Below are positions 23,868-31,356 of a DNA stretch of 32,000 bases, piece after piece (positions within the stretch are counted from its first letter, which is position 1; each line of letters opens with the position of its first letter). The stretch spans positions 240,001 to 272,000 of the forward strand of contig DIRZ01000002.1 of NCBI GenBank assembly GCA_002421785.1, read 5' to 3'. This DNA is from Candidatus Saccharimonadota bacterium. Lineage in GTDB: Bacteria; Patescibacteriota; Saccharimonadia; Saccharimonadales; Saccharimonadaceae. The notes beneath the pieces were generated by a model. That model searched no databases, had not been told where the DNA came from, and saw only the letters and a program-made list of their open reading frames with translations. A program made the translations under genes and the position numbers.

Positions 23868-23900
23868 GGTGTTTGTGTTTGATTTTACGTTAGCATATAC

Positions 23901-23929
23901 ATTTAAGCATAAACGAGAAGATATGTCAA
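23901..23929 (-). promoter_or_regulatory. Promoter for 22950..23867
   Basis: On the minus strand: TTGACA (23929-23924), 17-nt spacer ending in TGC, TTAAAT (23906-23901). Confidence 0.55.
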
Positions 23930-23974
23930 TTGCAACGTACATTCGGTTACCCGCATGACTGACGATTGACCGCA

Positions 23975-24003
23975 TTGACAAAGCATAAATAGTATGCTAA
24001 TCT
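23975..24003 (+). promoter_or_regulatory. Promoter for 24037..25167
   Basis: TTGACA (23975-23980), 17-nt spacer ending in TGC, TAATCT (23998-24003). Confidence 0.55.
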
Positions 24004-24036
24004 ATTCACAGAAAATCAACCAAAACAAAAAAATAC

Positions 24037-25167
24037 ATGATACGCGCAAATACACACAACCAACGCCCCAAGATTACTCCTGAAGAACTCGCAACGCTAG
24101 ACGAGCGGTTTGGGCGCGATCCTGATGGCAATTATGAACTATTAACTGGCGAGCGCCAGGAAGTTATCGGTGAGGTATGGGATTCGCGCTATGTTCGTGA
24201 AAAAACAATCGAATTTACAAGTGATATTATCCTTGCACTCGACGGAACAGACAGTGAGCGAACGAAGGTAATAGGTGACGCAGAGCTGGCTCGTCAGGCT
24301 CCTGATAGGGTAATCTGGATGGATAAGTCTGCGCGCCCCGTTTCATGGCTTGTGGATGCTTTTTGGGATGATTTTGCCGCGGATGGCGCCCCCAAGCCCC
24401 CATACTCGTACTTGAACTTTGAGCGTGCCGACTGGTTTGCAAAGATAGGCAAGACCGAGCAGGACTACATGGACGGTGATAGAACAAAATTCAACGCTGA
24501 TCTGCTCGATGAGGATGAAATTTTGCGCATACGGGCATTGTTTTCAACACGGAATATACAGGAAGATAATTGGCGTGACGAGTTGCGTGACGATGAATCT
24601 ATTTTTAATGGCGAGCATATCATGGTCGTTGATGAAGTTCAGTCTACCGGCGGTGCAACAACAGATATAGCCCTCCGTGTACTAAAACGTGCTTTTCCGG
24701 GTGCGACGATTAGTGCTCGATATTTTTGGAAGTCGGGCATTGTTGACTCAGTAACTGCGATGACTGGAGAGCGGCAGATGAAGAGCTCGCCCGTCTGGTA
24801 TAAGACGAATGAGCTTGGCGGACGAGGAATTGGTGATACAAACGAGGATTATTACCGCCGACAATACGAAGCAGTGGCTAACAGTGAAGGGGATTCGGCA
24901 CTAAAGGCGGATCTGTTTCGGCAATACTTAGGAGCGACTGCCTTGAGTCAGCCACTTCGAGGCTTTGACCCTTTGACAGCTAAGCTACAGCAAGACATTG
25001 CCTACCTTACCTATGCATGGGGAAGGGGCGAGTTATTTCGAGGAACACTCACTGATGACGATGAAGCTGAGGAACGAATATATCGCGAACAAGGACTCAG
25101 TACGACGCAAGCGCGTGAGTATCGCAAACACCGGTCACAAGCAGGCGTTAAAAAATTACGTCGTTAG
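24037..25167 (+). CDS. Atypical phosphoribosyltransferase-fold protein with large insertions and a basic C-terminus
   Basis: 376 aa. PRPP-binding loop HIMVVDEVQSTGGATT (nt 24613-24660) preceded by RVIWMDKSARPVSWL. No match that I recognise to a specific purine or pyrimidine PRTase. Confidence 0.55.
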   Translation: MIRANTHNQRPKITPEELATLDERFGRDPDGNYELLTGERQEVIGEVWDSRYVREKTIEFTSDIILALDGTDSERTKVIGDAELARQAPDRVIWMDKSARPVSWLVDAFWDDFAADGAPKPPYSYLNFERADWFAKIGKTEQDYMDGDRTKFNADLLDEDEILRIRALFSTRNIQEDNWRDELRDDESIFNGEHIMVVDEVQSTGGATTDIALRVLKRAFPGATISARYFWKSGIVDSVTAMTGERQMKSSPVWYKTNELGGRGIGDTNEDYYRRQYEAVANSEGDSALKADLFRQYLGATALSQPLRGFDPLTAKLQQDIAYLTYAWGRGELFRGTLTDDDEAEERIYREQGLSTTQAREYRKHRSQAGVKKLRR

Positions 25168-25691
25168 GCCTGCTGCTGTGAACCGTTCAAGAAATCGATT
25201 TCTTTGATGATATCGAGCAACGCCTGTGCGCGTCGGGTTTCATCGGCGATAGACTTGGCAGCTTCGTGCGCAGGAGCAATGAGTGTCTTGTCATCAGTTG
25301 AACGAATGAGGAGCAAGTAGGTATCGAATTTTTCTTCTGGTGCGAGGCTGAGTTTGTCGACAAGGGGGCGGAGCTCGTTAATCGCATCCAGCTTCACGCT
25401 GTCGAGCTCGCTCGGAGCAGTACTCAGCACGGGTGTAGCGGTGCTTGGGAACGCGTCAGCGGGTGGCAAAACGGGGTCGACAGTGAGCGGGTCGCTACTT
25501 GGAGCAACAGCTGCGTCGTCGACGGCGGGTAATGTCGGCATGGCGCCAGGTGCAACTGGTGCTTCGATTTGGCTCATGGCTGTGCCTGAGGATACTTCAT
25601 CTGACTCGCCGTTGACACCTGCAAGAACCTTTGCCAGCTCCTGATCGTCACTAATCGGTTGTGTTGATTGCGGTTGAATATCCATGCCCAC
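25164..25691 (-). CDS. Acidic hypothetical protein (Pro/Ala-rich N-half, helical C-half)
   Basis: 175 aa. GGGGTGG lies just upstream of the ATG. Convergent with the PRTase-like gene, with a 4-nt overlap. Confidence 0.45.
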   Translation of the reverse strand: MGMDIQPQSTQPISDDQELAKVLAGVNGESDEVSSGTAMSQIEAPVAPGAMPTLPAVDDAAVAPSSDPLTVDPVLPPADAFPSTATPVLSTAPSELDSVKLDAINELRPLVDKLSLAPEEKFDTYLLLIRSTDDKTLIAPAHEAAKSIADETRRAQALLDIIKEIDFLNGSQQQA

Positions 25692-25769
25692 CCCTGTATT
25701 ACAATTTACTTATGCTTATTAGTACTGTACCATAGAGTCAGTAATATTCGCAAGAATAAAGGTGGATAA

Positions 25770-26813
25770 ATGTTAGACGATGTCAATGTGTTGAAGCAAC
25801 GTGATGGTCAGGGCGCCCTGGGGGTTGCCGCAAGTTTATATAAACAAGTAGGCTACACGGTGGAGTTGGTTGATGCCGAGAATGACGGTCGCGCATTGAC
25901 GGGTGTCGTGGTAGCAGGGATGGGGGGATCTGCCCTGGCTGCTGACTTTGTAAAAGTGTTGCTTGGCACATCACTCAATATCCCTTTTGAAGTAGTAAAA
26001 GGCTATGAGTTGCCGGCATACGTGGGGCCGAGTACTTTGGTGATTGCGAGCAGTCATAGTGGCAACACAGAGGAAACCATGGCGTGCATGGAGCAGGCAC
26101 TTGAGCGCGGGTGTCAACTAGCAGCCATCGCGACGGGCGGCAAGGTGAAGGCGAAGGCTGCTGAAAAGCAGGTAATGTTCGCCGAGATACCCCACGACAC
26201 GCAGCCGCGAATGGGAATGATCTATAACTTGCGTGTTTTACTGCAGATTTTGGTTGCGTACAAATTGGTTTCGGTTGACGTGTATGACGAACTTGCCGAA
26301 ACGGAACAGTGGTTGGAGAGCGAAAGTGACGCCTGGACGCACGAGATGCCGACGACGCATAACTACGCCAAACAGCTCGCGCTGATTGCGGTTGGCAAGA
26401 CGCCAGTGTTTTATGGCGGCGGATTGACGGCGCCGGTTGCTTATAAATGGAAGATAAGCTGGAATGAGAATGCCAAAAACGTGGCATTTTGGAATCAATA
26501 CCCAGAGTTTAATCACAATGAATTCCTCGGCTGGACAAGCCACCCGGTTGACAAGCCATTTGTCGTGTTTGATCTCGTCAGCGACCTTGAGAACCCCCGC
26601 ATACTAAAGCGATTCGAGTTGAGCGACAAGCTACTGAGCGGTAAGCGACCGAAAGCGAACACCGTTCACCTCGCTGGTGACACCTTGATGAAGCAAATGC
26701 TGTGGAGCTGTGTACTGGCAGACTTTGTGAGCATTTATGTAGCGATTCTGAATAATGTCGACCCAACCCAAGTTGATTTGATCGAGAAGTTCAAGCAAGA
26801 ATTAGCGGGGTAA
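25770..26813 (+). CDS. Bifunctional phosphoglucose/phosphomannose isomerase (SIS domain, archaeal-type PGI/PMI)
   Basis: 347 aa. GMGGSALAADFV, ASSHSGNTEET. AAAGGTGGA RBS. Confidence 0.75.
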   Translation: MLDDVNVLKQRDGQGALGVAASLYKQVGYTVELVDAENDGRALTGVVVAGMGGSALAADFVKVLLGTSLNIPFEVVKGYELPAYVGPSTLVIASSHSGNTEETMACMEQALERGCQLAAIATGGKVKAKAAEKQVMFAEIPHDTQPRMGMIYNLRVLLQILVAYKLVSVDVYDELAETEQWLESESDAWTHEMPTTHNYAKQLALIAVGKTPVFYGGGLTAPVAYKWKISWNENAKNVAFWNQYPEFNHNEFLGWTSHPVDKPFVVFDLVSDLENPRILKRFELSDKLLSGKRPKANTVHLAGDTLMKQMLWSCVLADFVSIYVAILNNVDPTQVDLIEKFKQELAG

Positions 26814-27314
26814 GATTTGTTCTATTTGGTCGCACCACTCGTCGAGTGAGCGCGCGACTGGGACATTGTGATCTTCACAATCCTGTTCCATGTATGTTTG
26901 ATTACCGCTGTTATACAGCGGGTCAACGCCAAACACAAAGCGCATACTAGGGTTGTAGTCCATCCATCCAATGATTTTGCCGAATTCGATTCGGCTTGTT
27001 TGAGCATGTGCTCGACCGGGTGTTTGGTAGTCTTGAGCGGCCATCCACATTGCTAGGACGCCGGTTTCGCGCGCAAGGCGCAGGTGGTACTTTTCCCATG
27101 GGGTTTGTTGCTCTGCATCGAGCCATGCAGATGGTTTCTTGTAAAGTTCTGGTGCTCCGCGTGGTGAGATAATCGACATTGCTGATGGTGATGCGAGTAA
27201 CTGATTTGCCGCCACAGCTTGCCAGTTATAACTTCCTTGTACGGGGCCGGCAAAAAACACGACAGGATTATCTGGCTGGCTGATATTGTGGGGTGGAATG
27301 ATAAATTCTGACAT
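26802..27314 (-). CDS. Nucleoside 2-deoxyribosyltransferase-like protein
   Basis: 170 aa. VVFFAGPVQGSYNWQ, WEKYHL, SRIEFGKIIG, resembling the Nuc_deoxyri_tr2-type pattern. Starts 5 nt downstream of the ABC permease gene. Confidence 0.45.
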   Translation of the reverse strand: MSEFIIPPHNISQPDNPVVFFAGPVQGSYNWQAVAANQLLASPSAMSIISPRGAPELYKKPSAWLDAEQQTPWEKYHLRLARETGVLAMWMAAQDYQTPGRAHAQTSRIEFGKIIGWMDYNPSMRFVFGVDPLYNSGNQTYMEQDCEDHNVPVARSLDEWCDQIEQILPR

Positions 27315-27319
27315 GTGCT

Positions 27320-28549
27320 TTAGTGATACTGCCGAAGCGATTCGATGGTGTCTTTGCGGGCAGCTTTGAGGGCGGGGAAGAGCCCGAACAGAATTCCCAC
27401 GCCGAGTGCCATAACGGCAGCAGCAGCGGCTGTAACCCAGGTAAATGTTGGGTTGAAGTACAGGAAGGTGCTGGCGATGAAGGCAAATACGTAGCCCGCA
27501 AAGTAACCCAGCAGTCCGCCAATGAAACTTATCATGAGGGCTTCGATGAGAAATTGAGTAACGATGTTTCCATTGCTCGCCCCAACTGCTTTGCGGATAC
27601 CAATTTCCCTGGTGCGTTCTGCGACGCCAACGAGCATGATGTTCATAATGCCGATACCACCAACAAACAATGAAATAGCCGCGATTGCTGCGAGTACCTG
27701 GGTGAGGGCGATGAATAACTGGTTTGTAGGTTGTCCAATGGCTTGTCCACTCACTACTGTAAAATCTTTTTCTCCCAGGTGGGCTTCGGTTAGCTTTGTG
27801 GTAATTTCGTTGGTGACAGCACCCATGTCGGCATTTGGTTTGACCCGCACATCGATTTGCTGAATTTGAGCCCTGGATTGATGGAATTGTTTGCCCTGGC
27901 CAAAGCTCACGACGGCGGCGTGGTTAAGGTCGACGTTGTTGTAATTGATAGGGTTATTGGAATTTCTAATCACGCCGATAACTGTGAAGCGCTGGCCACG
28001 AATGGTAAAGGTGCTGCTGATGGGTCGGTCGGTGCCAAACAGTTCGACGGCGAGATCTTCGCCAACAACGGCGGTATTGTTCGCTGTTTCATCATCGATG
28101 AACTGGCCAGACTTCATTTCGAAGCTGGCTACTTTGGTGAAGTCAGGCGTTGTTGCAAGTACAACGTTATTTTCGACTGTATCAGTTGTCGACTTGAGTG
28201 TACCGTCGATGGTCATGAGGGGAACGGCAGCATCGACGCCGGCAATTTGGCTGATGGTAGCGACATCAGCTTCGGTGAGTGTGCTGGTGCTGAATGATTG
28301 CTGGGCGACTGGGTTGGTGAGGGCGTTGGGGTCGCGGGTTTGAAGGCCGGGGCGAACGATAGCGAGATCGCCAGAATAGGCGTCGACCTGCTGGTTAATC
28401 ATTGAGGTGACACCGCCGCTCAGTGCAAGGATGCAGGTTACGCTGGCAATTCCGATAGCAATGCCAAGAGTTGTTAGTACGCTTCGTCCCCGGTTGCGGG
28501 CGAGTGAGTGGTAGGCGTCTTCGACGTAATCAATCAATATATGGCTCAT
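27320..28549 (-). CDS. MacB/FtsX-type ABC transporter permease
   Basis: 409 aa. N-terminal TM, ~220-aa periplasmic domain, then three C-terminal TM helices with the FtsX motif (RTREIGIRKAVGAS). Confidence 0.85.
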   Translation of the reverse strand: MSHILIDYVEDAYHSLARNRGRSVLTTLGIAIGIASVTCILALSGGVTSMINQQVDAYSGDLAIVRPGLQTRDPNALTNPVAQQSFSTSTLTEADVATISQIAGVDAAVPLMTIDGTLKSTTDTVENNVVLATTPDFTKVASFEMKSGQFIDDETANNTAVVGEDLAVELFGTDRPISSTFTIRGQRFTVIGVIRNSNNPINYNNVDLNHAAVVSFGQGKQFHQSRAQIQQIDVRVKPNADMGAVTNEITTKLTEAHLGEKDFTVVSGQAIGQPTNQLFIALTQVLAAIAAISLFVGGIGIMNIMLVGVAERTREIGIRKAVGASNGNIVTQFLIEALMISFIGGLLGYFAGYVFAFIASTFLYFNPTFTWVTAAAAAVMALGVGILFGLFPALKAARKDTIESLRQYH

Positions 28550-29415
28550 GATTTTGCCTCCTTGGTTGTTTTGCGTTTTTTGGCTTTCGGCTTCCGAGGA
28601 ATAGACTTTGTTGTGCGTTTTACAGCAGGGCTTTTTGCAGCGACTTCTACCGTGCTGGTGCGCTTGCGGTTAAGGGGAATCGTGACGGCCTTGTTGCTGC
28701 TTGACTGGCTGACTATAATCTTCGTGTCACTAGCGATCTTACCATCGAGCATGTTGATAACGCGGCTGGCATAGCTGGTGAGGTTGGGGTTGTGGGTCAC
28801 CATAATGATAGTGTTGCCTTTTTTGTGAAGCTCGCTCAGTTCTTCCATAATGACATGGCTGCTACGGCTGTCGAGGTTGCCTGTGGGTTCGTCGGCGAGG
28901 ATGATACTGGGCTCGTTAACGAGCGCACGGGCAATGGCGACGCGTTGCATTTGACCACCGCTGAGCTGCCAGGGCATGTAATACTCACGTTCTTGCAGGT
29001 GAAACTGTTTGAGCACTTCACTGGCCCGCTCTAGGCGTTTGGTGCGCCACATACCTTTGTAGGTAAGGGGAAGGGCGACATTTTCGAGTACAGTCAGACG
29101 GTTGATGAGGTTGAAGTTTTGGAACACAATACCCACTTGGCCGCTTCGCACGCGGGCATGCTGCGCGCCACTCAGGCTACTGACGGGTTTGCCGTCCAGA
29201 ATGTATTCACCCTCATCGGCAGAATCGAGCAGGCCGAGGACATTAAGGAGGGTAGTTTTACCACAGCCGCTCGGTCCCATAATGGCAATAAATTCGCCTT
29301 TTTCAATCTTTAAGTTCACCTCGTCGAGGGCGTTAAACGCAGCGTCACCAAGCCCATACCGCTTGGTAAGAGCATGCAGCTCAATAACCGGTGTTGTCTT
29401 TGCACTTTTTGGCAT
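28546..29415 (-). CDS. ABC transporter ATP-binding protein (MacB/LolD class) with Lys-rich C-terminal tail
   Basis: Walker A GPSGCGKTT, signature LSGGQMQRVAIARAL, Walker B ILADEPTGNLD. ATGA overlap with the permease. ~60-aa basic tail (KRTTKSIPRKPKAKKRKTTKEAKS). Confidence 0.9.
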   Translation of the reverse strand: MPKSAKTTPVIELHALTKRYGLGDAAFNALDEVNLKIEKGEFIAIMGPSGCGKTTLLNVLGLLDSADEGEYILDGKPVSSLSGAQHARVRSGQVGIVFQNFNLINRLTVLENVALPLTYKGMWRTKRLERASEVLKQFHLQEREYYMPWQLSGGQMQRVAIARALVNEPSIILADEPTGNLDSRSSHVIMEELSELHKKGNTIIMVTHNPNLTSYASRVINMLDGKIASDTKIIVSQSSSNKAVTIPLNRKRTSTVEVAAKSPAVKRTTKSIPRKPKAKKRKTTKEAKS

Positions 29416-29500
29416 CTGTTATCTAGTATGTTGCGGAACAGGGGATACTGCAAGCGGAATGGCGTGTTTTGTGCCGTTAAAAATACAACTAAACCAGTAT

Positions 29501-29535
29501 GAAAATAGCCGTTCTCCCACGTAGGGAGAACGGCT
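29501..29535 (-). terminator. Terminator of the GC-rich membrane protein gene
   Basis: 12-bp stem agccgttctccc/gggagaacggct. On the minus strand it is followed by attttc. Confidence 0.65.
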
Positions 29536-29559
29536 GATGCCAGCAGGGCGGGCGGTTGG

Positions 29560-30018
29560 CTAGGATTGCCTGGGGCGCGGACTCATGATAAGCAGCGCAC
29601 CGAGGCAAACGAACCCCGCAAAGGCTGCGAAGATGAGACCTGCGCAGAGGAACATGACGAGGCCCATTCCCCAGCCCTGAACTGCTGTGAACAGTAGGCC
29701 GAATGCGCCACCCGCCATGAAGAAGGCGGCGGTCATGACCCACAGCGTACCGCCCAAAAGAGTCTCGGGTGGTTCGCCTTGGGGCTCGACGTAGCTGATG
29801 GTCAGGAAGGCCATCGGTAGCGCCACCAAGAAGTCGACGACAGGATGGGTTTGGGCCAGAATGTCGCCGAAAACGGCGTAGAACATCCCGCCGTTCGCGA
29901 GCGCCAACTCGGGGGAGTGGATCATCGCGTGGACGGGAAGTGCCAGGCGAAACCACCAGAACGCACCTGCAGTGAGTAGGATTGCCAGGATGAGCTGCTG
30001 ACGGAGTGTCTTAGACAT
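29560..30018 (-). CDS. Small polytopic membrane protein, GC-rich, unknown function
   Basis: Trimmed to ATG 30018 (152 aa), with AGGAG upstream. Four or five hydrophobic helices. A hand count gives 36/60 G+C for 29641-29700. Confidence 0.55.
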   Translation of the reverse strand: MSKTLRQQLILAILLTAGAFWWFRLALPVHAMIHSPELALANGGMFYAVFGDILAQTHPVVDFLVALPMAFLTISYVEPQGEPPETLLGGTLWVMTAAFFMAGGAFGLLFTAVQGWGMGLVMFLCAGLIFAAFAGFVCLGALLIMSPRPRQS

Positions 30019-30102
30019 TTCTCTCCTTTTTGACGTACAACAGGTAATTCCTATCAATTATATTATACAAATAAAATGTATAAATGTCAATGCACCTCTA
30101 TC

Positions 30103-30111
30103 TGTTATAAT
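30103..30111 (+). promoter_or_regulatory. Extended -10 promoter element for tRNA-Ser(GGA)
   Basis: TGT-TATAAT ending 8 nt before the tRNA 5' end. Confidence 0.5.
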
Positions 30112-30119
30112 ACAATTAT

Positions 30120-30211
30120 GGAGAGGTGTCCGAGTGGTTGAAGGAGCACGCCTGGAAAGTGTGTGTGCGGGGCAACTCGTACCGTGAGTTCGAATCTCAT
30201 CCTCTCCGCCA
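30120..30211 (+). tRNA. tRNA-Ser (anticodon GGA), CCA encoded
   Basis: GGAGAGG...cacgc-cTGGAaa-gtgtg, long variable arm, GTTCGAATC, CCTCTCCGCCA. Confidence 0.9.
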
Positions 30212-30216
30212 AATTC

Positions 30217-30250
30217 AAATGACGAGGCCCTAGCCTGGTCATTTTAATTT
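30217..30250 (+). terminator. Hairpin plus T-rich tract after tRNA-Ser(GGA)
   Basis: aaatgacgagg-ccctag-cctggtcattt (one mismatch) followed by taattt. Confidence 0.45.
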
Positions 30251-30400
30251 GCACGCGATGGACTGAGGTTTGAACTCACGGGTTTTGCAAAGCAAAACGA
30301 CCGTGCGGTTCGGCGTAGCGCCGTGAAATTCTGGAAAAGCTAGCTTTTGCCAGAATGAGCCAGTGGAGGAGCGAGCTCGCGAGCGATATCTCATCCTCTC
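30251..30400 (+). ncRNA. tRNA-Ser trailer element, copy C (3' end degenerate)
   Basis: Same architecture as A and B. Hairpin 1 is gaac-tcacgg-gttttgc/gcaaaac-ccgtg-gttc (30272-30311); hairpin 2 is 30328-30357. The terminal 13 nt (30388-30400) are identical to tRNA positions 30194-30206, then the sequence diverges before GCCA. Confidence 0.4.
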
Positions 30401-30404
30401 TGTA

Positions 30405-31271
30405 TTAGATTTGCGCTAGCTGTGTGAGTGCGCTCGCCTCACGATCATGTCGAGAATATACTCTAAACAAAGGCATCGTTACTTCTCTGGGTATGTCGAA
30501 GAGCGTCTTTCCGTCAGTAGTTGCGCTTACGCGTACGTCACGCGCCTGCACATCGCCCCTGTTGTTTATTTGTTTGAAGCGTTCTACGGCGTGTCGTATC
30601 GCGTCTGAAAGTGAGCATGCTGGAATGATTTCACAGTAGTCATTCTCACCTTCTCTTCGCCATGCGGACTCGATACTCACTTGGTACATATTGATTGGCG
30701 TGGTTTCGCTCATCACCACACTTCGTTGACGGCGGAGTTCATCTAGCGTTGCCTCGGTGGCTGCGATGTGTTCATCCAATTTATGGAGTGAGTAGCCACG
30801 GATGTCAAACTCATCAGTTTTGCTAGTGAGAGCCTGTCGGTATTCTTGGTCTAGGACATCCACTAGGTTACGAACCTGGTGAAGGTCTGCGGGGTCAACA
30901 ATCAAATGGCCCTTTCCGTCTGCAATATGTTTGTTCGTAGTATCAAAGACAATCCAAATCGCAGGGTCACGTTGGTCAGGAGTTTTAACATATATATTGC
31001 AGAGCCCGTAGTCTTGAATGTTGCGGCCTGCAAAAACAGTTGCAAAGTCAGTTTCAGATTCGCTGCTGATGTTGAGTTGAACTTCGGGGGTGAACACAAA
31101 GGTATTGTCGGGGGCCACTTCTGTCGGCTCGCCATACCTGTCTACGAGCATATTGCTCGCCGCAATCAGCACGCTCGGGTCCCGTAGTGCATCATGCTGA
31201 CCGGTGTCTTGATCTATTCTTTGATCGTCCAAAGCAAGGCGCTCGCCAGTTTTAAATTTTGTCAATGGCAC
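30405..31271 (-). CDS. Hypothetical cytoplasmic protein, no recognisable motifs
   Basis: 288 aa. GTG start lies 7 nt after AGGAG. Own promoter at 31297-31325. Confidence 0.5.
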   Translation of the reverse strand: MPLTKFKTGERLALDDQRIDQDTGQHDALRDPSVLIAASNMLVDRYGEPTEVAPDNTFVFTPEVQLNISSESETDFATVFAGRNIQDYGLCNIYVKTPDQRDPAIWIVFDTTNKHIADGKGHLIVDPADLHQVRNLVDVLDQEYRQALTSKTDEFDIRGYSLHKLDEHIAATEATLDELRRQRSVVMSETTPINMYQVSIESAWRREGENDYCEIIPACSLSDAIRHAVERFKQINNRGDVQARDVRVSATTDGKTLFDIPREVTMPLFRVYSRHDREASALTQLAQI

Positions 31272-31296
31272 AGAACTTCTCCTTTATTATGCCGCA

Positions 31297-31325
31297 ATTA
31301 TACCTACCTCAATAAAGGAGCGCAA
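31297..31325 (-). promoter_or_regulatory. Promoter for 30405..31271
   Basis: On the minus strand: TTGCGC (31325-31320), 17-nt spacer, TATAAT (31302-31297). Confidence 0.5.
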
Positions 31326-31356
31326 ACAAGAGCGTTATAAGGTGATGCGACGGCAG

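Noticed and set aside
25975-26766. Minus-strand ORFs inside the PGI/PMI gene (25975..26487, 26238..26543, 26578..26766)
   Set aside because: They are antisense shadows of a CDS with clear SIS-domain motifs. Composition is Arg/Ser/Pro/Cys-rich.
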